Positions 51,499-63,516 of a DNA stretch of 64,000 nt are shown one piece after another. Every line of letters starts with the position of its first letter. Position 1 is the stretch's first letter. The position numbers and the translations under genes are program-made. A model generated the notes under the pieces. That model did not search any database and had not been told where the DNA came from. It saw only the letters and a list, made by a program, of their open reading frames with translations. This stretch comes from Squalus acanthias. Its lineage: Eukaryota. The DNA is taken from contig CM059425.1 in assembly GCA_030390025.1 (NCBI GenBank), positions 162,442,001-162,506,000 on the forward strand, written 5' to 3'.

Positions 51499-52119
51499 TA
51501 TATATCTTCTCAAATCTGGAATTGGCATAATCCTTCTTCGTCCAATAATCCAGCTGGTAGGATTCTAAGTTTATAGGTAATACTAGACCCTGCCGAAAAC
51601 TGGTATGTTCATCTAAATTGGGAAGAATGGCAGTCATCAGGACTTTACTATTTACAACTGATGGTGACGTTTTGCAAAGTATACAAAACAAAGTAAAAGA
51701 AAAATCAATAACATAAGTTTACTTTAATTCTCCTATGATATAAATCTACAGTGGCACCATTAGACTTATAAGGAACACACAGACAGGTATTGAAAATTAT
51801 TTAAAATAGATGGGAAGAGGGAAGAGTGCAATATGTAATTTTGAACACCTCTATCAAATCAACCTATAATCTCCTCTTGTTCTAATGAAAACAGCCCCAA
51901 TTTTTTAAGTCTTTCTTTGTATTTGTATTTCCTTGCAACCTGGTGAATCTGCACTGTACCCTCTCTATTGTTTCAACAGCCTTCCTATAGTGTGAATCCA
52001 AAACTTCAGATAATACTCCAACTGCCATCTTGTTGATCCTTCATCACCTTCCCATGACAATTAAGATAGGCAATCATTGCATTGCCAGTGTTATCCACAT
52101 CCTGAGAACAAATTAAAAT

Positions 52120-54190
52120 AATCTGGAGATGAATATAGCATTCAATTGTTTAGAGTATTCAGAAAGGGTAGAATAGATGGGGAGTGGTGTAGCCATGTAT
52201 GTCAGGAACACCTGGGAGGGTACAGAAGTAGATCCCCAATGAATGCGGAAAGCTACCTGAGGAAGTACTCTGGCTCAATATTTTTTGCATGTAAAATGCA
52301 AATCATCATGTCAGAAAAATGAGGACAGTTTATTCTAAGAAAAGATAAGGGTATATTAATAGGTGGAGGGTTCAACCAAACCAATAGAAATTGGAAATGC
52401 TCAAATGGTTTGGAGTTCAAGTAAGTAAATTTAATGCACAATTGGTTCATGACCCAATGTGTCACGGAAGCCACAATAGGTGATTCTCAGCTTGACTTAG
52501 TAATATTAAATGGCAAACATAGCATACAGAGAATGGAAATTGAGGCTCCCTTAGGCAATAGTGATGACAACATGACTAAGTTCAATAGGAAATGGGGTTC
52601 AATACTGCCAAGGACCATTAACATGTTATCAAATATCATCCAAGTAAGCTTAATGAGTTTGACATCAATGAGATAGAGGTTCTAGAAAAGTGAAAGGGCT
52701 AAATACAAATGAAGTCCCATGAATTGGTGGTATTTATTTCAGTGAATTTATAGAGACATAGGACTAGATTACGAAGCTCTGCTGATCATCATGAAGGACT
52801 CAATTATCATTGGTGAGGTCCTGCTGGATTAGAAACAAGCTAACATGGAACCTAGATCCAAACAATGTGACAAAACAGGCTAGGGCAATGATATATCAAC
52901 AACTGATAAACTAAAGGGATTGCTTGTTACAGGAAAACCTGCACAATAATAACCCAGTAAATAGCAAACCTTGCCTGATCAATTTCTTGACATTTTTTTG
53001 AGGAAGTGATATCCTGTGTGAAAAATGAGAAATCTTATCAGGTGATGAGCCTATACTTACAGAAAGTTTCTCATGAATAAAATTCTGCAAAAACTTAAAA
53101 CAGGTTAAATTTAAGGTACATCTGGATAAAGATGAGAAATTGGATGAAGGAAAGGAAACAGAAATTACTTGTTAGAGTATGTCAGACTGAGGTGCAATAT
53201 AGTGAGTGCAGTGCCTCAGAGATCGGTGCTGGGGCGCTACTGTTTCTAATTTACATCAAATGAATTGAAATCAGAGAGGGAGATGTTCCTGGGTCTGTGT
53301 CTAGGCGCACTGAATGCAGTGAATATTGGAAAATCGGGCAGGACAGAGTGCAGCTGTGTAAATGAGCAAAATTGTGCAGGTTCCTTTACAGGCATGTATT
53401 CCAACCCAACCGATTTTCTGATATTCGCTGTGCCCAGGCAATCCAGTGCACCTGGGAGCAGACTTATGGAAATGTCCTCTAGAAAATCCTAATTAGTCAA
53501 ATTTGCAGAAGATACTAAATTGAAGGAGGGATAGTGAAGTCTAATGAGGAAACCAAGATTGACACAATGGCAGATGAAATGGAACACAACTAAATGTAAA
53601 GCACTTTGGAAGAAAAATGGGGGATATACCAAGCTAGGTGTCAAACTAGGTAGGGATTAAATTGAACAGGACTGTTGGTAGACTCAACACTTAACATGTC
53701 CAGTCATTGTGCAGCAACATCCAACAAATGCACAAACCTATTGCTAAATCAGTGGTTTTGCCATTCTGAAACTGTACAATGCACTCTGAGCACTTTGCCT
53801 AGTTTTGGTTATCAAGACACAAGAGAAACATTCTATTCTGAAGACAGTACAGAGAAGAGCAACAAGACTGATCCTTGGTGACTGAAGTTTAAATTATGAA
53901 GAAAGATTAGAGAAATTTGGGCAGGAAGGAATATGAGGTATTAAACAGTATAGGAAAGGTAAACCTGAGGCACTAATTCAAGGTGTGCCATGAAAATAGG
54001 GCCAGGGATAGGGTTCAAACTGATGAAAAGCAAATTCAGGACCAATGTCAGGAAGTTCTTATTCACTAAATCACATTCAACAGAATAGAGTATGGTAGTA
54101 AAGGTACAAACCTTGGAGTCATTTACAAGACCGTTGGATGCTACAATGGACTATAGGTTTTTCCAGATGGATGAGTTAAGATGAGTGATT
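52120..54190 (+). mobile_element. Ancient, highly degraded CR1 ORF2
   Basis: Remnants GSGVAMYV, LGNSD, LINFL..FEEV, VPQRSVLG, KFAEDTKL and a C-terminal FRTNVRKF. Confidence 0.7.
53276..53480. mobile_element. 205-bp fold-back MITE inside the old CR1
   Basis: Long imperfect inverted arms; TSD AGA (53273-53275, 53481-53483). Confidence 0.7.
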
Positions 54191-54710
54191 ATTAGAATTA
54201 TATTTAGATGACCATTAGAACTGTTTTTACATAACCTCCTGTGTTAACAAATCTTTTCTGACACCCTCAGCTGAAACTGCACTATAATCAGCAAAAGATC
54301 TGGAAGCTCAATAAGGTAAAGCTCCAATAAAATAGAACTGCACAAATGAATCAGTTTGTAATAATAATGAGCTTTGGCTGCAGAGGTTGGACGCCAGTTA
54401 CTACTGCAGGAGAACAAAGCCCTGAATCACAGGTGCACTGCTGATTCTGTCTTTGAGCAAGTAAACAAAATGTCAGTCCCAAATTAGTCAATATAATGCA
54501 GTACCTATCAAAGTGAATTTATCGAGGACTTCGACAAAATATTATGCAATGATTTACAAGCGACAATAATAGCACTGAATTCCTCTCATTGATGTATACA
54601 AATTTACCCCATCAAAAAATTAAATCTATCCATATAATAGAAAAACAGTAACAACAGAAAACGCTGGAAAAACTCAGCAGGCGAGGCAGCATCCGTGGAG
54701 AGAGGAACAG

Positions 54711-54746
54711 AGTTAACGTTTCAGGTCAAGACCTTTCATCAGAACT
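54711..54746 (-). ncRNA. Minimal type I hammerhead ribozyme motif (left arm)
   Basis: Minus strand: AGTT-CTGATGA-A-AGGTCttGACCT-GAAA-CGTT-AACT. Confidence 0.7.
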
Positions 54747-55209
54747 GGAAACAGCAGGAAATCAAATAGATTTAAGGCAAGGATAAAGCTGGGAAAAGGG
54801 GGAGGGGATGAAAGAACAAAAGGAGAGATTAAGAGACATTAAGAGATATTCAAGGCAAGAGGTGGTGTTAATGTGACAGGTTAAGGCTGAAAGAAGTGTG
54901 AAATGCACTGGCAGAATGAAGGACAGCTGCCAGCTTCTAGGAGGGAAAAAAAAGGGGGGGGGGGGCAAATAACCCTTATATTTGCCCCCCCCTTTTTTTT
55001 CCCTCCTAGAAGCTAGCAGCTGTCCTTCATTCTGCCAGTGCATTTCACACTTCTTTCAGCCTTAACCTGTCACATTAACACCACCTCTTGCCTTGAATAT
55101 CTCTTAATGTCTCTTAATGTCTCTTAATCTCTCCTTTTGTTCTTTCATCCCCTCCCCCTTTTCCCAGCTTTATCCTTGCCTTAAATCTATTTGATTTCCT
55201 GCTGTTTCC

Positions 55210-55245
55210 AGTTCTGATGAAAGGTCTCGACCTGAAACGTTAACT
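55210..55245 (+). ncRNA. Minimal type I hammerhead ribozyme motif (right arm)
   Basis: AGTT-CTGATGA-A-AGGTCtcGACCT-GAAA-CGTT-AACT: core CUGAUGA and GAAA, stem II hairpin, stem I AGTT/AACT, stem III reduced to the palindrome ACGT. Confidence 0.72.
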
Positions 55246-56019
55246 CTGTTTCTCTCTCCACGGATGCTGCCTCGCCTGCTGAGTTTTTCCAGCGTTTTCT
55301 GTTGTTATTTCGGATTTCCAGCATCTGCAGTATTTTGCTATCGTAATAGAAAAACAATACATGTGCATGCATTTCTGTCTGCAAAATCACACTCACCATG
55401 TCACAATTCTCTGTCAAATATAATTATAACCAAACTTATTGCAGCTGATTGGTTCATATGCAAGTTTCTTCCTTCAATCTTAAACTAAAGGAAGAAAGCT
55501 AGTCATTTCGAATGTACAGAGGAACTCTCCCACCAACACAAAAATATCTCATTAACAAAGAAGGCAGAATATGACTTAAAAAATGTGTTACATAGTATAA
55601 CTCTCCCATCCTAAGAAATCACTTTATCCTCCAATTTATCATGAGCAATGCCACTGAGTTATCAACTGCAGTAATAAATAAAACAACAACTAAGACCTGG
55701 GCTTATTCCAGCTTGGGCCAAAGGAATGAAAGTTCCCCTCTCTGATGGGCCTTTTTCCAATATCAGTCAAAAGCCCCCCCAGGCCAGCAGCCAGTCCTGC
55801 AGCTGAAGACCTCTTGAACCAACAGGTAGCCTGTATTCCCTGTCATGTTAATGACCTGGCCCTCCATATTGAGGCGAGGACAGGCACTTTGGGTGTGCTA
55901 CACTTGCCCAGTGCCCTGAGGGAGGGCACATGGAAATCAGTCCCTATGTGTTTAGACAGCAACAGCGCTTGAAGTAAGCATCAGAAGCTTAACATATTCT
56001 TTTGGACCCAGAAGTCCCT

Positions 56020-58180
56020 TGAGCAACACTACAAGAGATCTACTAGCTCTTAATTAGAACAACAATATTTAAAGGGTGGTTAATAGAGTTCCGAAGAAAA
56101 ATATTCCACTAAAAAAAAGAACAAACTAGCCGAGAATGAGATGCCATGGATTAATAAAAATGTGAGGAAAAAATTGAATCTAAAGAAAAAGGCATGTGCA
56201 AAGTATATAAACAATTCAGTGGAGGATGACAAAAGGGAATATGATGCTCTTAGGAAAGAGGATAAAAAGCCAATTAGGAAGGCAAAGAGCAAATACGAAA
56301 TGAAAATATCAAAGAATAAAAGAAGACATAGTAAAGTATTCTATAGGCACATACGTAAAAGGAGAATTAAAATAGGGATATGGCCTCTAAGGGATAAGCA
56401 AGATAAACTCACAGGAGATAATACCGAAATGGCAAGGATATTGAACAGATACTTTGCCTCAGTTTTAAGAAAGAGAAAATTACATCATTAGAAGAAGGCA
56501 AGGAGGATATACAACTCTTAAAGTAAAAAGAACGGAGATACTAGACAAACTAGCCAAATTTAAGATAGACAAGAACCCGGGTCCAGATGGATTGTACCCG
56601 AAAATACTCAAAGAAACTAGGGAGGAAATAGCAGAGGCACCAGTAACCATATATTAAATTTCAATAGAAAAAGGAACAGTGCCAGAGGACTGGTGAACAG
56701 CGAATGTAATTCCTGTCTTCAAAAAAAGGAGATTGAACTAACCCAAGGAACTAAAGACCAGTTAGCTTAACATCAGTGGTAGGATAGATACTAAAATCTT
56801 TGCTGAAAGATCAGATAGAGACGGAGAATATAATAAAAAAAAGTCAGCATGGATTTCTAAAATAAAGGTCATGATTAAGCAACTTTACTGAATTCTTTGG
56901 AGAAATAACAGGGCAATTCACTAGATCTGGTATACATGGACTTTCAGAAGGAATTTGATAAGGCGTCATATAAGAGACTCATGACAAAGGCCAGGGTGTG
57001 TGGAGTCAGATGCCAGGTAGCAGAATGGATTGAACGATGGCTACAAACTGAAAACAGTGGGTAGGAGTTAAGGGAAGTTTTTCTGACTGGCAGAAAGTGG
57101 GTAGTGGCGTCCCGCTGGGATCCGTGCTGGGACTACTGCTGTTATCATATACATAAATGAGTTGGGATTAGAAATTTGAGGTATGGTGCCAACATTTGCA
57201 GATGATACCAAATTGGGCGGTACAGCTAATAATGAGGAGGATTGCACCAAAATACCGGAAGACATAAACAGGCTTGCAGAATGGGCGGATAAATGGCAAA
57301 TTGAATTTAATAGAGCAAAGTGTGGACAATTTTGACTTTGTGCGATAGTGTAAAACGGGTGATCGCGAATTGGCAGCCAAGGATGAGAGATGTAAAACGG
57401 GCTGCCGATTCACTATCACCCGTTTTACACTATCGCACAAAGTCAAAATTACCCCCAGTGTGAGGTGGTTCATTTTAGTCGAAAGGATAAGGAGACCAGT
57501 TATTCCTTGCAAGGCAAGAAACTAAATGTGGTAGAGGAGCAAAGAGATCTGTAATACAGATACATAAATCATGAAAAGTAGCAACACAAGTTTATAAGGA
57601 CTGCAAACAAAGTGCAGGGCTCATTTTGAGAATAATAAAATGAAAAAGCAGGGAGGCAATGTTAAATTTATATAGAATCTTGGAGTGTGCAGTTCTGCTC
57701 CATACTACAAAAAGGATATTGAAGCACTGAAGAAAGTGCAGAAATTATTTACAAGTTTGTTACCAGAATTGTGAGGATGCAACTATCAGGAAAGATTGAG
57801 CAGGCTGGGGCTCTTTTCTCTGGAAGGGGTTCGATAGGGTGGATGTGGAGAAAATGTTTCCACTTGTTTGTATCCAGAACAAGAGGGCATAAATATAAGA
57901 TAACCACTAACAGATGAAATAAAGAATTTAGGAGGAATTTCATTACACAGACAGTGGTGAGAATGCAGAACTCTTGGCTACATGGAGTGGTTGATGCACA
58001 TAGCATTGGTGCATTCAAGAGGACATTCGATGCATATGTAAGGGAGAAGGGAATAGCAGAACATGGGGGCAGGGTGGAAAGACGTAATTTGAGTGGGAGG
58101 AGGCTCGTGCGGAGTATAGCACCAGCATAGACCAGTTGCATGCCGAATGACCTGTTTCCATGCTGTAGATTCTATGCGTA
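56020..58180 (+). mobile_element. Degraded 5'-truncated CR1 LINE
   Basis: MPWINKNVRKK.., KNPGPDGLYPKILKE, SGVPLGSVLG, FADDTKLG, 3' UTR and attctatg tail. Confidence 0.88.
57322..57456. mobile_element. 135-bp hairpin MITE nested in the CR1
   Basis: ~56-bp inverted arms (aattttgactttgtgcgatagtgtaaaacgggtgat); TSD AGT (57319-57321, 57457-57459). Confidence 0.9.
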
Positions 58181-58197
58181 ACTGAAAGACTGATGAA

Positions 58198-61074
58198 GAG
58201 GTATAGTAGCCTAGTCGTTATGTTACTAGACTAGTAAACCAGAGGCCTGGACCAATAATCCAGAGAGCATGGGGGCGATTTTGTGACTGGGGGCGCGTTG
58301 GAGGCGGGACTGCTGCTTGTCGGGTCGATGTCCCATCTCCATCGATTTGTGGCCAACCCACGCTATTTTCCCTTGATTGACCTTGTTAAGCTCGCCCAGC
58401 GGGCTTAGCAGGCCAATTAAGGGAAAGCCGGTTGCAGAGCACGTCAACGTATGACGTTTCATCTGTCAAAAATTTTTGACAGATGAATTGTCATTGTTTG
58501 ACAGCTCTGTGAAGCTGTCAAACAGTGACATTCTCTGCAGTTTGATGAGGTCTTGAATACAAGACCCTATCAAACGTCTTTCTTTAACAGAATTGAGATG
58601 GATGTTGCATCTGTGAATGCAACGGCCACCTGTCAATCCCAACGCGGAGGTCCGAGACTCTCCGCATACAAACCAACTGAAGCCTGCAGGAAGAAACAAA
58701 GGTAAGTACACTTTTAAAAACACTTTGCACTTACCTCAGATACTCACCTCTACACTCTTGCACTCATCACTTATCTTCACACCACAATTTTGCACCCCCC
58801 CGACCTCCGCAGACCCAGTACTCGCCTCGCTGAGCTGGCGTGTTTTGGCGCCTTCGGGAAGCCCGCACTTGTGAGGGCAAAAAGGGGATAATCCTATTTT
58901 CTGTCTGTTAACTACCTGTTAACAGGCAGTTAATAGGCTTTAATCCCTTCCCGCCTCCAAGGAGATGGGACCCGGCGCGGGACGACTACCCTCCTCCTGG
59001 GATGATGGCATGGAGGCGGGTTGGGCACCCGCCCCCAAATTCTACCATTTTCCCGGCAGTCCCGCCTCCATACCCGCCTCCCCAGGGCTGGCAAAATCGC
59101 CCCCCATGAGGTCAAATCCTAGTATGGCAGTTTGACAATTTGAATTCAGTTAAAAAAAATCTTGAAATTAAAAAGGCTGGTATGAAGCTGTCAGATTGTT
59201 GTAAAAACCCAACCGGTTCACTAATGTCCTTTAGGGAAGGAAACCCATCATCCTTACCCAGTCTGGCCTATATGTTACTCCAGTCCCACCCCAACATGGT
59301 TGGCTCTTAACTGCCAAACAGAAAAACAAGAATCAAACCAGATGGACTACTTAGCTGCAACCTAGGCCTCGGATGAGGACATGACAAAGGCACACCCAGC
59401 TCAGTCAACCATGCAGAGTCCTCTTCACTAACATATGGGCACTGGCGCCAAAGTTGGGAGAGCTGTCCCACAGACTAGTCGAGCAACATCCTGACATAGA
59501 CATACCCACACAATCATATCTATCAGCCAATGTCTCAGACTCCATCATTATCCTGTCCCACCGGCAGGACAGATTCACCAGAGGTGGGGCACAGTGGGTA
59601 TACAATCATGGGGGGAGTATTCCCAGACTCCGGACCCCAGGAAACAATTTTCTAATTACCACCTACCGCCCTTCCTCAGCTGATGAATCAATACTCTTCC
59701 ATGTTGAAAACCACTTGGATGAAGCACTGAGGGCAGCAAGGCCACAGAATGAACTCTGGGTGGGGACTTCAATGTCCATCACCAAGAGGGGCTTGGTAGT
59801 ACCACCGTTGACCAAGCTGGCTGAGTCCTGAAGGACACAGCTGTCAGACTGGGTTTGCAGCAGATGGTGAGAGAACCAACACTAAGGAATAAACAATTTG
59901 ACCTCGTCCGCACCAATCTACCTGTCGCAGATGCATTTGTTTATGACAGAATTGGTAGGAGTGACCACTGCATAGTCATCATTCCGACCAAGTCCCATCT
60001 TCACACTGAGGAAACCCTCCATTGTGTCCTGTGGAACTACCACTGTGCCAAGTGAGATAGATGAAGAACAGACCAAGAAGCTCAATACTGGGCACCCATG
60101 AGGCGCTGTGGGCCGCCAGAAGCAGCAGAATTGTATTCCACCACAATCTGTAACCTTGTGGCCCGACATTTCCCTCACTCCTCCATCACCATCAAACCAG
60201 ATGACCAATGCTAGTTCAATGAGGAGTCTTTTCCTGTCTGACATTTTTGTATGTTCCGATGTATTTTCGTATGAACTGAAAAGTTTCAAGTAACATTTGC
60301 ACCACACAATTGCCAGGCAATGATCATCTCCAACAAGAGAAAGTCTAACCAACATCTGTTGACATTCAGTGGCATTACCATCGCTGAGTCCCTCACCATC
60401 AACATCCTGGGGGTGACCAATACCAGAAACTCAACTGGACCAAACACATAAATGCTGTGGCTATTAGAGCAGGTAAGAGGTTGAGTATTCTGCGGTGAGT
60501 GGCTCACCTTTTGACTCCCCAAAGTCTCTCCATCACCTACAAAGCACGTCAGGAGTGTGATGGAATATTCTTCACTTATCTGCATGGGTTCAGCTGAAAC
60601 AATACTCAAGAAGCTTGACACCATCCAGGACAAAGCGGTCCGCTTGATCAGCACCTCATCCACTAGCCTAAACATCTGTGACCTCCACCAGTGGCGTACC
60701 ATGGCTGTAGTATGTACTATATACAGAACGCACTGCAGCAACTTGCCAAGGTTTCTTCAGCAGCACCTCACAAACCTGAAACCTCCACTACTTAGAAGGA
60801 TAAGGGCAGCAGGTGCATGGGAACACCATCACCTCCAAGATCCCCTCCAAGTCACACACCATCTTGATTTTGACATATATTACCATTCCTTCATCATTGC
60901 TGGGTCAGAGTCCTGGAACTCCTACCTAACAGCATTGTTGGAGCATCATCATCAAACAGATTGCAGCGGTTCAAGAAGAAGGTCCATCATCACCTTCTCA
61001 AGGGCAACTAGGGATAGGCAATAAATACCGGCCTTGCCAGTGACCCCACATTGGGAGAATGAATGCTTTAAAAA
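58198..61074 (+). mobile_element. CR1/L2-group LINE remnant with a tRNA-like 5' head, endonuclease remnants, an internal deletion and the RT C-terminus
   Basis: A-box-like tagcctagtcg, B-box-like ggtcaaatcc; ITTYRP, VGDFNVHH, QMVREPT, GRSDH; MEYSSL..KKLDTIQDKAVRLI; tail shared with 23785-23870. Confidence 0.8.
58271..59104. mobile_element. 834-bp Harbinger-type MITE, same family as 47243-48076
   Basis: Perfect 13-bp TIR gggggcgattttg / caaaatcgccccc; TSD CAT; collinear similarity to 47243-48076. Confidence 0.93.
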
Positions 61075-61529
61075 GACCTGAGATCATTTATAGTATTTAT
61101 GAAGGAAAATTTTGACATTGTCTTCATTACCTAATGTTACATCCCTCCACCCCCACCCCCACTCTACTTTGGTGATACCTATCCCGTTTGAGGATTGCTT
61201 TGTTTCTTCCTGTTATTGTGGACTGATGCTACAGCTGGTTCTTTCCATATCTAATGTTTTGTACTCATGTACACCTTCATCAAAACTTGGAAAAAGCTCT
61301 ATAAAAAGCACAGAAGCTAATGTCAGCTTTTAATGAGAACTTTTCCCTAGTCTCTGTAAATCTTTAGCTCTGATTGCAACGACTCCCAGCTCAGATTGCG
61401 TAGTCTTCCCGAACCTTATGCTATAATTTATTTATTCAAACCTCTTACAGTTCACCTTATCAAACCCTGGAGGTTAAAAGAAAAAGTCAGCTGTAGTTTA
61501 AGTTCATTTATTTTTTCTAGATCTGGGTA

Positions 61530-61848
61530 TGCTTAGAGTGGACAAGTCGCCTGAGAAGATGATGAAACAAAAAAAGAGGGTGTATAATGCATGTCAGGTG
61601 AATTCTTCAAGGGAGAACCAGACCAAATACAATAAGTTGAGAGGCGATGTGAAGATGAAAATAAGATTGGCAAAGAGAGAATATGAGAGTAGAATGGCGG
61701 TTAACATAAAAGGGAACCCAAAAATCTTCTACCGGCATGTACACAGTAAGCGGGTAGTAAGAGGCGGGGTAGGCCCTATTAGAGACAAAGAAGGTGATAT
61801 ATGCTTAGAGGCGCAGGTCAAGGCTAGAATACTCAATGAATACTTTGG
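61530..61848 (+). mobile_element. CR1 ORF2 internal fragment
   Basis: IRLAKREYESRMAVNIKGNPKIFYRHV..VGPIRD..ILNEYFGS. Confidence 0.8.
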
Positions 61849-62499
61849 ATCGTCCCCTCCCATGCTTCTCCAGCCCCTCGATGTTCTCTGCCTCCCGCAC
61901 CCCCTCCCATGCTCCTCCAGCCCCCCGATGTTCTCTGCCTCCCACACCCCCTCCCATGCTCCTCCAGCCCCCCGATGTTCTCTGCCTCCCGCCCCCATGC
62001 TCCTCCGGCCCCCTGATGTTCTCTGCCAGCACCCCCCATGCTCCTCCGGCCCCTCAATGTTCTCTGCCTCCCGCCTCCATGCCCCTCCGGCCCCTCGATG
62101 CTCTCTGCCTCTCCCCCATGCTCCTTTGGCCGGCCCCCTGATGCTTGAGTCTGGCACCCCGATCATCCTGCGGCCCTCCGATCATGCTTCGACCCCCCCC
62201 CGATCATGCTCCACCACCCCCCCGATCATGCTCCGGCTGCCCCGATTAGCCGCCGGCCCCCACTCGATCCCTCCCTCCCTCCTCTTTGCAGCCTAGTGCC
62301 GTAGGCAAACCTGCCTACAGCCAGCATACCTCTCCAACTGGCTGGCTGCGGGCGGGAAACAGAGGTTTGAAATGCAAATCAGGCTCTGCCGTTAAATTCG
62401 GCATGGTCTGTGGGAAACCCGTTCTCCCGGGTTTCCCAACCGCTTCTGACTCCCTCCCACCCCACCACACCAACCCGCCAAAAGATTAAAATTCAGACC
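61849..62499. mobile_element. One-ended Harbinger-type fragment containing a C-rich minisatellite (61855-62240)
   Basis: Repeated atgctcctccrgccccycgatgttctctgcctccc units; terminus aaaattcagacc. Confidence 0.6.
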
Positions 62500-62500
62500 A

Positions 62501-62669
62501 ATCTGGTCATTACCTCATTGTTGTTTGTGGGACTTTGCTGTGCGCTAACTGGCTGCTGCATTTCCCTACATTACAACAGTGGCTATACTTCAAATGTACT
62601 TAATTGGCTGTAAAACACTTTTGGACACCCTTAGGTTATGAAAGGTGCTATATAAATATAAGTTTTTTC
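62501..62669 (+). mobile_element. Deu-SINE 3' part
   Basis: Reverse complement of 31840-32005, ending ggtgctatataaatataag. Confidence 0.8.
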
Positions 62670-62711
62670 AAGTTCCGTCTATTAATGAAACTTCCCTAAT
62701 ATTCCTGAGGC

Positions 62712-62731
62712 AGCACTACCATCTAGTGGTT
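62712..62731 (-). promoter_or_regulatory. Candidate CTCF site
   Basis: Minus strand accactagatggtagtgct resembles the CCACNAGRTGGCAG core with one mismatch. Confidence 0.3.
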
Positions 62732-63295
62732 AAAGAACAATATTTCAGCAGTAACAAAGGACAATCTCTGTATTGACTTTAAAGCTTTATCCAACAGGCT
62801 ATGTGGATCACTAATCACAATTTCTGAAGTAGCTAGAGAGGTTCACTTAAGATCTTATAAAGCACTTCACTGTAGACTAATGGATATGGAATCTGAGAAA
62901 TTGGATACTTCAATCTGGGCTTGTTTGCATCATCAGTACTTTAAGAGAACACTTGAACAGTGTCTATCCATATGCCATTGTAACCCAGGCTGATATTTAT
63001 AGTTAGATATTCTTACAGTGTTGGCTGCAAGGTGAGGTTCTAGGGTTTAACATGTTTCTGGCTGCCTACAAAGTGTGCTTGTTTTATCGCAACTGCTGCA
63101 AATCATTGTACTGAAATGTCTTCATTTGGTTGGGTCCATTTACAAATCTACTCTATTTTTAAAAATGCACTCTTTGCATTGGGACAGTCTTGTATGCCAT
63201 TGATGTTAATTGTCCTGTCATAGAATGGCAGTAAGTGGAGACTGCCTGGAAATCAAAGGAAAAGAGAGAGGCGGAAGAGTTTAGGGTGGGAATTC

Positions 63296-63510
63296 TAAAA
63301 AGACAAGCCATTCGGACCAACTGGTCTATGCCAGTGTTCATGCTCCACACTCCATTTACTTCATCTCACCCTATCAACATATCCTTCTACTCCTTTCTCT
63401 CGCATGTACCCATCTAGCTTCCCCTTAAATGCATCTATGTTAGTCGCCTGAGCCACTCCATGTGGTAGCGAGTTCCACATTCTCACCCCTCTCAGAGTAA
63501 AGAGATTTGG
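63296..63510 (-). mobile_element. CR1 3' end
   Basis: Minus strand RMWNSLPHGV..AFKGKLDGYMREKG plus 3' UTR. Confidence 0.85.
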
Positions 63511-63516
63511 ATCATA

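Larger units (their letters stand above)
54648..55343. mobile_element. Penelope-like non-autonomous insertion made of two inverted pLTR copies (hairpin)
   Basis: Arms 54649-54971 and 54979-55307 are near-perfect reverse complements; exact 13-bp TSD taatagaaaaaca (54635-54647, 55344-55356). Confidence 0.88.

Noticed and set aside
61529..62296. 255-aa protein-coding gene
   Set aside because: Chance fusion of a CR1 fragment with a C-rich minisatellite
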